Part shown: positions 34,344-44,454 of the stretch, piece after piece
Numbering within the stretch: the stretch's first letter is position 1
Layout of the letters: each line of letters opens with the position of its first letter
Origin: a virus
Lineage: Duplodnaviria; Heunggongvirae; Uroviricota; Caudoviricetes
DNA: 64,000 bases
Reading direction: 5' to 3' (one strand)
Virus record (IMG/VR): IMGVR_UViG_3300032307_000505
Coordinates: 18,786 to 82,785 of that record
Made by a program: the position numbers and the translations under genes
The notes under the pieces: model-generated
What the model saw: only the letters and a program-made list of their open reading frames with translations
What the model was told of the DNA's origin: nothing
Database searches by the model: none

Positions 34344-34880
34344 ATGAAAAAAATAATCTTAATATTATCGGTATGTTTCTTACTTTTTTCCTGCGAAGCG
34401 TATGTAACAGAAAAAAGTGATGTAACACTTAGTGGGAAATATGTGATTTCCAAATTAGACATTACTAACGTTGACCAAAATCAAACAAGAGATTCTTTAT
34501 ATCTTCTTGGGACAACGTATAACAACTCATCATTACCAAAACCATTTGATGTAATACCAATTAATCATTTTTACATTCATATGGATTATGCTTCTATTAG
34601 AATGAAATTGGTGGGAATTACTCAAAGTGGTCAAGACATTTGGGGGTATGGTAACGCACCCAATGAAATTTTTTACAGAATCTTAAATAATAACGCTTAT
34701 GACCTTGGATACCTACAATTTGATTACATCACGGACAATGGTTCTTCTCGAAGAATTACATTTCATATTGAACATGACGGATATGAAAGTCTTCAGTTAA
34801 AGAGTGTTGGTGGTTGGTTTAATGGTAAGTACGGTGAAAAACAAGTTATGACAATGTACTTAACAAGAGTGGGTCCTTAA
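34344..34880 (+). CDS. putative lipoprotein
   Basis: Signal peptide ending in a lipobox-like LLFSC. Confidence 0.5.
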   Translation: MKKIILILSVCFLLFSCEAYVTEKSDVTLSGKYVISKLDITNVDQNQTRDSLYLLGTTYNNSSLPKPFDVIPINHFYIHMDYASIRMKLVGITQSGQDIWGYGNAPNEIFYRILNNNAYDLGYLQFDYITDNGSSRRITFHIEHDGYESLQLKSVGGWFNGKYGEKQVMTMYLTRVGP

Positions 34881-35212
34881 TAAAATTCACTTTTTGGTAA
34901 TTGAGATGGGTTAATCAAATAGTATTCATTTAAAAATACGATTAACTCATCTTCATCCAATTCAATTTTTTCTTCTTCATATATTCCTCCCATATATTCC
35001 TCATCATCATCGTCGTCTCCAAAAAAGTCAAATGACTCAGTAACCAAGTCAAATCCATATTCTTCAACAATATCATAATTAATTGTGTCATTTCTTAACA
35101 CATCTTCTTCGTCATCAATAGTTCTAAATGAAACTTCAATAATATTTGTGTCGTTATTTAGATAATATGATATAATTTCTTTAATTTCCATAATAATATA
35201 TTTTATAAACAA
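34877..35212 (-). CDS. hypothetical highly acidic protein
   Basis: 111 aa, Asp/Glu-rich. Confidence 0.4.
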   Translation of the reverse strand: MFIKYIIMEIKEIISYYLNNDTNIIEVSFRTIDDEEDVLRNDTINYDIVEEYGFDLVTESFDFFGDDDDDEEYMGGIYEEEKIELDEDELIVFLNEYYLINPSQLPKSEFY

Positions 35213-35257
35213 ATATTCTAAAACATACCAAAAGACAAAATTTTATCAAGAAATACA

Positions 35258-35890
35258 ATGTTTTTATCAATATTTATTCCTATATTTTTATCACAAAAAC
35301 ATATTAAAATGAGATTTAATTCATTAACAATTGATGATTTCTACGCAGACCCAATGCAAGTCAGAGAATTTGCACTTAAACAAGAATTTAAAGTTAGAGG
35401 AAATTACCCAGGTCAAAGAACTGTGTCATTTTTATCTGACCCAATAAAACAAAAATTAAGAGATATTCTTTATCCATTTGCCGGTGAAATAACCAATTGG
35501 GGTGGAGAATATACAGGTTCTTTTCAATATACCACAGCCGCGGATAGGTCATGGATTCATTCTGATTCAACAACCGATTGGGCTGCAGTTTGTTATTTAA
35601 CACCTAACGCACCTGTAACCGCAGGTACCGGAATTTTTAGACATAAAGAAACAGGGTGGACTCATTTTGATTATAAAAGACAAAATGACCCTGAATATAT
35701 GAAACAAGCACCTCCAGGAGATGAATGTCAAGATTATACTAAATGGGAAATGGTTGATAGAGTTGGAAATGTATTCAATCGTCTAATAATGTATAGAGCA
35801 GACAATTATCACGTATCGTTAGACTATTTTGGGAAAGACCTTAATGATGGTAGATTATTTCAAGTATTCTTTTTTAATACTGAACATTAA
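35258..35890 (+). CDS. hypothetical protein
   Basis: 210-aa ORF (a start at MRFNSL, 35309, is an alternative). Confidence 0.45.
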   Translation: MFLSIFIPIFLSQKHIKMRFNSLTIDDFYADPMQVREFALKQEFKVRGNYPGQRTVSFLSDPIKQKLRDILYPFAGEITNWGGEYTGSFQYTTAADRSWIHSDSTTDWAAVCYLTPNAPVTAGTGIFRHKETGWTHFDYKRQNDPEYMKQAPPGDECQDYTKWEMVDRVGNVFNRLIMYRADNYHVSLDYFGKDLNDGRLFQVFFFNTEH

Positions 35891-36348
35891 CATTTATGAT
35901 TTAATATTAAGTCAGGATTAAGTTCTTCAATTATTTTCACAACACCATCAATACAATAACAAGTCTCCAAAGTTGTTATTGTTTTTTCAAACTTTTTAAA
36001 TCCAATAACAACAGGGTGAAAACAAGTATATTTACTTTTAGGGTTAAAGTTAAAATTTGGGTTCCACAAATTACTATATGAAATCCCTAATTCATGTAAA
36101 AAATCAATAGAATCCTCAGTATAAGATTCAAAATAAGGTATGTCAATTTCTTTTAATAAAAGATTAAGATGATATAAACTATCTTTATTATTCCCTTCAT
36201 AAATTGACCGAAGAGTTAAATCAGTATCATTTTGATTTTTTTGTAAAAAATGCCAAAGAAAATAATCATGTTCTTTGGCAAGTTTATTAAAATCTTTATG
36301 AGTTACTTTGATATTTTCCATTATCTGAAATTTGCACCACATAACCAA
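35887..36348 (-). CDS. hypothetical protein
   Basis: 153-aa ORF. Confidence 0.4.
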   Translation of the reverse strand: MVMWCKFQIMENIKVTHKDFNKLAKEHDYFLWHFLQKNQNDTDLTLRSIYEGNNKDSLYHLNLLLKEIDIPYFESYTEDSIDFLHELGISYSNLWNPNFNFNPKSKYTCFHPVVIGFKKFEKTITTLETCYCIDGVVKIIEELNPDLILNHKC

Positions 36349-36920
36349 GTCACTAATGACTTTCTAACTCCTGAAGTTAATGGAGTGACTCTATGTAATA
36401 AAAATGATGGGAAAAAACATAGAGTACCTAATCCTTTTGGTACCTCAATTATATTTCCACCTGGATTCATTTGTAATACACCACCTTCATATTCTTCAGG
36501 TGACGATAATTGTAAAACACAAGATAATTTTCTATTTGAAATACCGGGTCCTAAATCAACATGCCAGTCATAGTGTCCACCATTTCCGTAATATTTTGTA
36601 AATTGTAATGGGTCTTGATAATTCCATATGTCAAAATTCCACATTTCTTTATTCGCAATTTTAGCATAATTTGCAATTTTCTCATATATCCAAGCCGTTT
36701 CTTCCGTTTCATCAATCCAAGAAATATCACTCACTCTATATTCTGAAACCCCTACTTCATTATCATGACCAACAGTGGTTCCGGGTGTTATTGGTAAATT
36801 TTCACCAATTTCAATTATTTTAAGAATTTCTTCTGGTGTGAACGCGTTAGTAAAATAATAATAATTCATGTGATTAATATTACTTCTATGTTCCGGTAAA
36901 AAATGATTTGATACTGACAT
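36321..36920 (-). CDS. 2OG-Fe(II) oxygenase (prolyl-4-hydroxylase-like)
   Basis: HYDWHVD (H-x-D iron ligands), distal LLHRV histidine and RKSLVTW (2OG-binding Arg) in the canonical order. Confidence 0.65.
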   Translation of the reverse strand: MSVSNHFLPEHRSNINHMNYYYFTNAFTPEEILKIIEIGENLPITPGTTVGHDNEVGVSEYRVSDISWIDETEETAWIYEKIANYAKIANKEMWNFDIWNYQDPLQFTKYYGNGGHYDWHVDLGPGISNRKLSCVLQLSSPEEYEGGVLQMNPGGNIIEVPKGLGTLCFFPSFLLHRVTPLTSGVRKSLVTWLCGANFR

Positions 36921-36978
36921 TTGTGTTTTTTTTAGTTATATTAAGTATAATTAATATTAATAATAATTTCAACACAAT

Positions 36979-38220
36979 ATGAGAAAACATAAAATAATTG
37001 ACTCAATTTTTTTCTACGATGAAATAGAGATGCTATATTTTAGATTGTCCGAGTTAGACGAGTATGTTAACGAATTTATAATAATGGAATGTGAAATGGA
37101 TTTTAAAGGTAATCCAAAACCTCTTAATTATCTTCAAAATATAGATATGTTTAAAAAATGGGAAGATAAAATAACTTATATTCCAATTCCCCAAATAGAC
37201 ATTGTCGATTTACAATCATTATATGAAACAATAGATTTTTCAAAAAAATTTAAAAAAAACAACGAAATTATTGAAAAAAATGATTTAAGATTTTTCCAAA
37301 TAACAACTTTAATTGGTAATTTACTAGACAAATCATTAGATTATGACGATTTAATTCTAATTTCCGATGTTGATGAAATACCCGACTTATCTAAATCGAA
37401 TTTATTTAAATCTCATCTTAAATTTGGCCCAATATTATTTAGACAAACTAATTTTATTTGGTCAACAAAATATTTTAATGTAATACCTAATATGGGTACA
37501 TTAGGTATTCAATTTAGTAGGTTAATTACAAATCCTGACATGTTATATCGTGCTTATTTTAACAAATCAATATTTTCTAGTGAAAACTTTGAGATTATTG
37601 ATAATGGATTTCATTTTTCACATTTTTATAGTTTAGAAAAAACAATAAAAAAATTGGAATTACTACATGACGAAAATTTTAATTATCCTTTAGACAAATT
37701 AAACGAAAAAATAAAATATTGTTATGAAAATTTAATTTCGATTAAACGAAATTTTGAAGATAAAGATTATAGTTTAATTGAATATAATGGTGTGTTACCA
37801 AAAAAAATACATTTATTAGAAAATCAAATAATAGGTCGAGATTGGGATAAAAAAAACTTGGTATTATTGAATTCAGATAATTCGTTAGATATGGAAGATT
37901 CTTTTGATACTATATCAATAATTAACTTCACAGAAAACTCTAATTTACCTTTTAATGTGGAATTAACTGAAAAAACAAAATTATACAATATATTAAAACC
38001 TAAAACGATTTTATATTCAAATAGTGAAGTTAAAGATTTGGAAAATTTTCAAAGTATTTTTTGTCATAATGAAATAAAAAAAATTATATACAATTTACAC
38101 CCTATTAATCAAGATATAATAGTTTTTTTAAATACACAATCACCAACAAAAACATTATCGTTTACCTTGGACACAATAAAAGACCATAATATTTACGATT
38201 TAATTAAAGAAATTATATAA
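36979..38220 (+). CDS. glycosyltransferase family 17-like protein
   Basis: N-terminus IIDSIFFYDEIEMLYFRLSELDEYVNEFIIMECEMDFKGNPKPLNY matches the GT17 signature (FFDELELLEIRL..VD.FVI.ES..TF.G.PK). Confidence 0.6.
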   Translation: MRKHKIIDSIFFYDEIEMLYFRLSELDEYVNEFIIMECEMDFKGNPKPLNYLQNIDMFKKWEDKITYIPIPQIDIVDLQSLYETIDFSKKFKKNNEIIEKNDLRFFQITTLIGNLLDKSLDYDDLILISDVDEIPDLSKSNLFKSHLKFGPILFRQTNFIWSTKYFNVIPNMGTLGIQFSRLITNPDMLYRAYFNKSIFSSENFEIIDNGFHFSHFYSLEKTIKKLELLHDENFNYPLDKLNEKIKYCYENLISIKRNFEDKDYSLIEYNGVLPKKIHLLENQIIGRDWDKKNLVLLNSDNSLDMEDSFDTISIINFTENSNLPFNVELTEKTKLYNILKPKTILYSNSEVKDLENFQSIFCHNEIKKIIYNLHPINQDIIVFLNTQSPTKTLSFTLDTIKDHNIYDLIKEII

Positions 38221-38221
38221 A

Positions 38222-38246
38222 AAAACCCTCTAATGAGGGTTTTGTT
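38222..38246. terminator. bidirectional terminator hairpin
   Basis: AACCCTC taat GAGGGTT flanked by A6 and T-run. Confidence 0.6.
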
Positions 38247-39197
38247 TTAATTATATCTACTCATTCTGTTAAACATCTCTGAGATTTTATTTTTTTGAGT
38301 TTTGAAATCTTCTTGAAGGTCGGTGTCAATTTCTTCCCACTCATCCTCAGAATCATCTCCGTCAAAATCACCATTGTGAGTTGCAAATCCAAAATCATCT
38401 TCATCCTCATCTTCATTATAACTGAATCTTTGATATGGTCCTGCTTTACCAGGTCCTTCACTATCAAAATCATATGCTGGGTCCATATCACCATAAATTC
38501 CTTGTGAACCTGAAACATCTACCTCATCAATCTCGTCAGCAAATGCCGATTCCATTGGTTCAAATTCAAATTCAGTTTCCTCATCTTCGTCATCTTCATA
38601 TTCATTTACAGGATATACATCATCCGGTCCACCTGAAACAAAGTTATATGCCGGTTCAACAGAATCTGTATCCCTATCCGGAGCGTTACCACCTTGTTCA
38701 TCAAGTTCGTCAGTTGATAATTCCATATCTTCAAAACCATCGTCATCAATTACATTATCTTCTTTATAAAGATTTTTATGCATTCCTTCAAATGTTCCGT
38801 AATCATTTCCACCACCTTCAACATAATCAAAATCACCATGTGATAGGTTTAAATCTTTAACTTTATAGATATCATCTAAATGTCCCGTCTCTTCTTCCAT
38901 TTGTCCGTACCCACATTCAGTACATTCACCTTCTGTCATTTGACCACCGCATTGTTCGCACATTGATTTAGATTCAACTTGTTCGTTAATGCCCATGTTT
39001 GTATATCTTTTAACTTCACCTTTATTATTAACAACAAGACCTTCCTTATCACCGGCAGCGTCATATACATATAATGGTTGAGTGTTTGATACTTTAGGTT
39101 CCATTGTTTGATAACCATTGTATAAACTTCTGTGTTGGTCTAAGATGTCTGACTTTTCAGATGCAGATAATTGACCTATTCCATAACTTGCTCTCAT
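38247..39197 (-). CDS. hypothetical highly acidic protein
   Basis: 316 aa, very Asp/Glu-rich with a CxxC..CxxC cluster near the N-terminus. Confidence 0.5.
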   Translation of the reverse strand: MRASYGIGQLSASEKSDILDQHRSLYNGYQTMEPKVSNTQPLYVYDAAGDKEGLVVNNKGEVKRYTNMGINEQVESKSMCEQCGGQMTEGECTECGYGQMEEETGHLDDIYKVKDLNLSHGDFDYVEGGGNDYGTFEGMHKNLYKEDNVIDDDGFEDMELSTDELDEQGGNAPDRDTDSVEPAYNFVSGGPDDVYPVNEYEDDEDEETEFEFEPMESAFADEIDEVDVSGSQGIYGDMDPAYDFDSEGPGKAGPYQRFSYNEDEDEDDFGFATHNGDFDGDDSEDEWEEIDTDLQEDFKTQKNKISEMFNRMSRYN

Positions 39198-39405
39198 AAA
39201 TTAGTTTTTAATATAAATACATACGATTTATCCTTTTTATGTTTGACATATCGAAAATACTGAATTATATTTAATTAAGACAAGTGATAAGTTGATAATT
39301 CATTTGATAGTATCTTGGTAATTTACTCTTCGCCTAATATCAACCTCACTTGTTTTTTTTTCTTCACTATTTTTTTATTCCAATTTAATTTAATATCTTT
39401 GTCCC

Positions 39406-40068
39406 ATGATTAAGATAGAAAAAGACAGAAAAGTTTTTGTAACGTCCGATACACACTACGGACACAAAAACATTTGCCGTGGAGTAACGGCTTGGAGATT
39501 ACCGGATGGTAGTATTCCAATAGACCAAACACGAGATTTTAATACAATTGAACAAATGAATGAATCAATCATTAGTGGAATCAATAGTGTTGTTGGAGAA
39601 GATGATGTATTGATTCACTTGGGCGACTGGTCTTTTGGTGGATTTGAAAACATCCAAAAATTCAGAGACAGAATTGTTTGTAAAGAGATTCACCTTATAT
39701 TAGGTAACCACGACCACCACATTCAAAACAACCGAGGTGATTGCCAAGAACTATTTGCAAGTGTTACTCGTTCAACCACAATGAGTTACAAATTCAAAAC
39801 TTTTGAATTATTTCACTACCCAATTGCTTCTTGGGAGAACCTAAATAGAGGTGTGATTCACCTTCACGGACACGTTCACTTACCAACAAACTTAAGATTC
39901 GGTAAAGGTAAAAAAATGGATGTTGGTATGGATGGTCACCCAACGTTTGGTGTGTATGATGTGGATGATATCATACGAATGATGGACAAACGTGAGATTG
40001 TGTCAGATATGTTATTTGACCACCACACGGATGAGATTGAAACCGAAGATGGTAAAAAAAGAAAATAA
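39406..40068 (+). CDS. calcineurin-like metallophosphoesterase
   Basis: DTHYGH, GDWSFGG, LGNHDHH, HLHGHVH motifs in canonical order. Confidence 0.7.
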   Translation: MIKIEKDRKVFVTSDTHYGHKNICRGVTAWRLPDGSIPIDQTRDFNTIEQMNESIISGINSVVGEDDVLIHLGDWSFGGFENIQKFRDRIVCKEIHLILGNHDHHIQNNRGDCQELFASVTRSTTMSYKFKTFELFHYPIASWENLNRGVIHLHGHVHLPTNLRFGKGKKMDVGMDGHPTFGVYDVDDIIRMMDKREIVSDMLFDHHTDEIETEDGKKRK

Positions 40069-40128
40069 AATTAGGATTATAAGTTTTAATTACTTACATT
40101 TGTTAAACAAAAATAAAAATAGAAATAT

Positions 40129-40350
40129 ATGCAAACATTAATTTTTAACACAACAACAAAAAATGTTAAGTTGTTGTCAGATTCAAGAGGTGAATCACAA
40201 ATATTAGAAACGTTCGATAACGTATCAACTGTAAAATGTTCAGAACTTGGATTTTACGAAGTAATGCAAAAATCAGAAGCTCAAAGCTCTACATCAATTC
40301 CTGTAATGAGATTACCAATTTCAAATACCAATATGTTAATTGAAAAATAG
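40129..40350 (+). CDS. hypothetical small protein
   Basis: 73-aa ORF. Confidence 0.35.
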   Translation: MQTLIFNTTTKNVKLLSDSRGESQILETFDNVSTVKCSELGFYEVMQKSEAQSSTSIPVMRLPISNTNMLIEK

Positions 40351-40633
40351 TATGAAAAAAATCGCAATTGTTATTGGAGTTTTATTAGTAATGATTGGGT
40401 TAGTCGAAACAATTGATTTATCGTTTTATTTAATGAATCGACCTGACACGTATCTGTTCAATTTAGGTCTTGTATTGTTTGGATTACAATTATTAGGGTT
40501 TGCAGCTATAGGTGGTTTTATGTATGATTTAGTATCGAGATGGTCTAAAGATGAAGAACCAAAAGTACCAACCGAAGAACCTCAAAAACCAAAGAAAAAA
40601 AACAAAAACAAAAATAACTTAAAAAACAAATAA
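40340..40633 (+). CDS. hypothetical membrane protein
   Basis: Two hydrophobic helices then a Lys-rich tail. Confidence 0.4.
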   Translation: MKNSMKKIAIVIGVLLVMIGLVETIDLSFYLMNRPDTYLFNLGLVLFGLQLLGFAAIGGFMYDLVSRWSKDEEPKVPTEEPQKPKKKNKNKNNLKNK

Positions 40634-40635
40634 AA

Positions 40636-41463
40636 ATGAGAAGAATTTTAGTAGCAGTAGGAATTGTCGTATTACTTTTTACAATGATAATGTCATGTGA
40701 GAGAATTGACGCAGGTCACGTAGGTGTAAAAGTTGATATGTACGGAAGTAGTAAAGGGGTAAATGATGTTACCGAATGTACGGGAGTGGTATTTTATAAT
40801 CCAATCACAACAAAGATTTATGAGTTTCCAACATTTATTCAACACAAAGAATACAAAGATGAAAATTCATTTGTTGTAAATAGTAAAGACGGTTCAGAAT
40901 TCAGTGTTTCTCCAATTATGAACTATTCAGTACAGAGAGAGAAAGTCCCAGCAATCTTCGCTAAATACAGAAGAAGTTTAGAGGAAATTGAAGAAGGATT
41001 CTTAAAGACCGCTGTGTATGACGCATTCCGTTTGGCAACAAATAAGTATACTGCTGATGGATTGATTGGAAATAGAGAGATATTTGAGATTGAAGTTAGA
41101 CGATTGTTAGAAGCTCAATTACTAAAAGAAGGATTTGTCATTAACCAATTCACCTCTAATTTAGTGTATCCGGATTCATTCAAGAAAGCGATTAATGCTA
41201 AGAACAACGCAGTACAATCGGCACTTATGGCGGAGAACAAAGTAAAACAAGCTGAAGCCGAGGCAAAAATCAAAGTGGCAACTGCTAATGGTAACGCTGA
41301 AGCATTGTTGGCAAACGCAAGAGCTGAAGCTGAATCAAATAGATTAAGACAACAAACCTTAACACCAATGTTATTACAACAACAATGGATTGAGAAATGG
41401 AAAGGTAATGTCCCAACCACTCAGTTGGGAGCTAACACTCAAGTGTTGTATGGTCTAAAATAA
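40636..41463 (+). CDS. SPFH/band-7 (prohibitin/HflK-like) domain protein
   Basis: N-terminal TM anchor, SPFH core, then an Ala/Glu/Lys/Asn coiled-coil (KQAEAEAKIKVATANGNAEALLANARAEAESNRLRQQ) typical of the family. Confidence 0.6.
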   Translation: MRRILVAVGIVVLLFTMIMSCERIDAGHVGVKVDMYGSSKGVNDVTECTGVVFYNPITTKIYEFPTFIQHKEYKDENSFVVNSKDGSEFSVSPIMNYSVQREKVPAIFAKYRRSLEEIEEGFLKTAVYDAFRLATNKYTADGLIGNREIFEIEVRRLLEAQLLKEGFVINQFTSNLVYPDSFKKAINAKNNAVQSALMAENKVKQAEAEAKIKVATANGNAEALLANARAEAESNRLRQQTLTPMLLQQQWIEKWKGNVPTTQLGANTQVLYGLK

Positions 41464-41483
41464 TAAAAAATAAAATATTTAAA

Positions 41484-41512
41484 AAATCCTCATTTATTGA
41501 GGATTTTTTTTT
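41484..41512 (+). terminator. rho-independent terminator
   Basis: ATCCTCA tttat TGAGGAT followed by T9. Confidence 0.65.
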
Positions 41513-41696
41513 ATCTTTGTACTATGAAAATTTTTAGTTATTATAAAGGTAAAAACTTATGGTGGTTCCGAATTTACGGGAGAGGTTTATTTGGTATACC
41601 CACAAAAAGTGATTGGATTCCATTCTCAATTAGGTATAAACACCAAAGAACTTTCAAAATTTTTAAATATTATATTGGAACATTAAAAAAAGAAAA

Positions 41697-42776
41697 ATGG
41701 TAGCAGATATTAACATAATAAATGAATATGTGGAAAAAGGTTTGATTGAGAAAAACTCTCATCCAACTCTTCCAATTGCGATTTACAACTACTCAAGAAA
41801 AGTTCAATATGAAGGACTTTGGGATGCAATAACTAGAAATTGTCGAGGTCTTGTATTAGACAATGATGGTAATGTTCTTGCAAAACCATTTGGTAAGTTT
41901 TTCAACATGGAAGAACACGACCCAAGTGAAATACCAAATGAAACTTTCGAAGTGTTTGAGAAAATGGATGGTTCCTTAGGTATATTGTTTTGGTATCAGG
42001 GACAATGGATTTTTGCAAGTAAAGGTTCATTTACTTCAGACCAAGCAATTAAAGGTCAAGAAATGTTATCAAAATATGATATACAACCAATCCCAAAAGG
42101 TTACACAACTTTAGTGGAAATTATCTATCCTGAGAATCGTATTGTTTGCGATTATGGTGATGAAGAAAGTTTGGTTGCACTTACAATGATTAGTAATGTT
42201 TCAGGTAAAGAATTCGATTATTCATCTTTGATTCAAGTTTGTGAAGTTGTGGGTATGCCGGTTGTTAAACGATATGATGGAATCGAGGATTATAAGACCC
42301 TTAAATCAATTATTAAGTCAGACCAAGAAGGTTTTGTCCTAAGATTTAGAAATGGGTTTAGGATGAAGATAAAAGGGGAAGAATACGTTCGTCTTCACAG
42401 AATCTTAACCGGTTTTTCTAACATCAACATTTGGGAAGTATTGAAAAACGGGGAAGACATAAACGCATATTTGGATAAAGTTCCTGATGAATTTGACAAA
42501 TGGGTTAAAAATGTTGTTAGAGATTTGAGATATACTTACTTTCAATTTGATGAAAGAGCTGGAAAAACGTTTGATTACTATATGTATGGTAAGTACAACG
42601 ATAAAGAACCGGTTACAGACAGAAAAGTTTTTGCTGAATGGGTTATGACTCAAGAACAATATCTTCAACCAATATTATTTAAAATGTTTGATAAAAGGGA
42701 TTATTCTTCATACATTTGGGAGAAGATAAGACCAACATATAGTAAACCATTTTGGCAAAAAGAAAGTGAGTCATGA
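41697..42776 (+). CDS. ATP-dependent RNA ligase, T4 Rnl1-like
   Basis: PFGKFFN (T4 RnlA PMEKFFN), motif I EKMDGSL (KxDG), motif IV EGFVLRF, motif V RMKIKGEEYVRLH (T4 HFKIKSDWYVSLH). Confidence 0.7.
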   Translation: MVADINIINEYVEKGLIEKNSHPTLPIAIYNYSRKVQYEGLWDAITRNCRGLVLDNDGNVLAKPFGKFFNMEEHDPSEIPNETFEVFEKMDGSLGILFWYQGQWIFASKGSFTSDQAIKGQEMLSKYDIQPIPKGYTTLVEIIYPENRIVCDYGDEESLVALTMISNVSGKEFDYSSLIQVCEVVGMPVVKRYDGIEDYKTLKSIIKSDQEGFVLRFRNGFRMKIKGEEYVRLHRILTGFSNINIWEVLKNGEDINAYLDKVPDEFDKWVKNVVRDLRYTYFQFDERAGKTFDYYMYGKYNDKEPVTDRKVFAEWVMTQEQYLQPILFKMFDKRDYSSYIWEKIRPTYSKPFWQKESES

Positions 42777-42982
42777 AACAAAAATTAGAAACGATTTACG
42801 AGACAAATATTGTCCATAATTCATTTTTGGATAAAGATTCCATCATTCAAGCAATGGTGGAATCTTATAATTTAGGTAAACAGGAATTAATTAATTGGTT
42901 ATCCGAAAAAGATTACTTATCGGATGATAAAAAAACTTTATTAAAAGAGTACAATAACCTCATTAACAACATAAAAAAATGA
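42773..42982 (+). CDS. hypothetical small protein
   Basis: 69 aa; ATGA overlap with the ligase stop. Confidence 0.4.
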   Translation: MKQKLETIYETNIVHNSFLDKDSIIQAMVESYNLGKQELINWLSEKDYLSDDKKTLLKEYNNLINNIKK

Positions 42983-43161
42983 CAAACGAAGAATTCACTT
43001 TAGAAATACTAATGGAAGCCGAATCTTTAGGTATTCGTAAAGAAGTATTGGAATTATCTAATAAAATCAAACAGGAAAATGAATTTATGGATATTAACGC
43101 ATCCATTGAGAGAGCATTTCAACACATGAAAACTAAATTACAAGAATATAATAATGTTTAA
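42979..43161 (+). CDS. hypothetical small protein
   Basis: 60 aa; ATGA overlap. Confidence 0.35.
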   Translation: MTNEEFTLEILMEAESLGIRKEVLELSNKIKQENEFMDINASIERAFQHMKTKLQEYNNV

Positions 43162-43164
43162 GTT

Positions 43165-43380
43165 ATGACATACGATGAATTAAAAAATTGGCAATCAGTC
43201 CAATACAGAATGGACGCAGAAGGGTTTGACTATTGCTTTATAAGTTATAGTGATTGGGATGAAATCACTGATGAGGAATTCCACAGATTAAGATTAGGAT
43301 TCTTACAATCTATGAAAGAACTTCGTGAATACATTGATAGTAAAGTTGAAGAAGGTGGAAACCTTGAATTAGAAAATTAA
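43165..43380 (+). CDS. hypothetical small protein
   Basis: 71 aa. Confidence 0.35.
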   Translation: MTYDELKNWQSVQYRMDAEGFDYCFISYSDWDEITDEEFHRLRLGFLQSMKELREYIDSKVEEGGNLELEN

Positions 43381-43382
43381 TT

Positions 43383-43574
43383 ATGGGCGGATTATACGAT
43401 TTAATGGACCAAGTAGTTGCGGTAGGTTTAGGAGTTCCAATGGAAACTTACATTAACATAATTGAAACCAAATGTACTGAAGAAGAGGCCACTTTTATCA
43501 TCATGACCATTATAGATGAGGATGAGGATAATTTAGAAAAAGCAAAAGAAACATTTAACAAATATTTGAATTAA
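43383..43574 (+). CDS. hypothetical small protein
   Basis: 63 aa. Confidence 0.35.
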   Translation: MGGLYDLMDQVVAVGLGVPMETYINIIETKCTEEEATFIIMTIIDEDEDNLEKAKETFNKYLN

Positions 43575-43599
43575 AATTAGAAGAACAGAAAGAAAAATC

Positions 43600-44454
43600 A
43601 TGAAAAAAATTATTGTAACTGGAGGAAACGGGTTTATTGGTAGTAATTTAATTAAAAGATTACTTAAAGAAGGTCATAATGTGGTATCATTAGATGACCT
43701 GTCAACAGGGTTAAAAGAGTATGAGGTTGAAGGGTGTGAATACATATATGGTGATATCGACCAACTACTATCTTTGAAAGACAATAATTTTGATTTATGT
43801 TATCATCTTGCAGCATTATCTCGTATCCAACCATCATTTGATAACCCAATGGAAACCTTTAGAGTAAATTCGGGTGGTACTCAAATAGTTGCCGAATGGG
43901 CTAAAAAACACAACGTAAAAGTAGTTTATGCCGGTTCATCTTCTCGTTGGTGTAACCCTCAAACTTCACCATACGCAACTGATAAAAAAATTGGAGAAGA
44001 CATTCTAAAAATGTACCGAACCGTGTATGATTGTGATTTTGAAATTTGTAGGTTTTATAATGTTTACGGTCCAAATGAATTGGTAGATGGAAAATGGGCT
44101 GCAGTTATTGGGATTTGGAGATATCAAATTAAAAACGGATTACCAATTACAATAGTCGGTGATGGGGACCAACGTAGAGATTTTACTCACGTCGATGATA
44201 TTGTAGATGGATTATATAAAGTTGGTATGTCTTCGGAAAAACACGAGGATGCGTGGGAATTGGGGACTGGTGTTAATTATTCTATAAATGAAGTATTTGA
44301 CATGATGGTAGAAAGGTTTGGTAAAATTGATAAAATCCATATTCCTGACCAATCAGGGAATTATCGTTCAACGTTAAGGGAAAATTTTGACACTCTAAAT
44401 CGATTGGGATGGAAACCATCTGATAAATTACATTCATATATTCAATCACTATGA
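43600..44454 (+). CDS. NAD-dependent epimerase/dehydratase (extended SDR)
   Basis: N-terminal Rossmann TGGNGFIGSNL, SDR catalytic-region residues; 284 aa. Confidence 0.65.
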   Translation: MKKIIVTGGNGFIGSNLIKRLLKEGHNVVSLDDLSTGLKEYEVEGCEYIYGDIDQLLSLKDNNFDLCYHLAALSRIQPSFDNPMETFRVNSGGTQIVAEWAKKHNVKVVYAGSSSRWCNPQTSPYATDKKIGEDILKMYRTVYDCDFEICRFYNVYGPNELVDGKWAAVIGIWRYQIKNGLPITIVGDGDQRRDFTHVDDIVDGLYKVGMSSEKHEDAWELGTGVNYSINEVFDMMVERFGKIDKIHIPDQSGNYRSTLRENFDTLNRLGWKPSDKLHSYIQSL

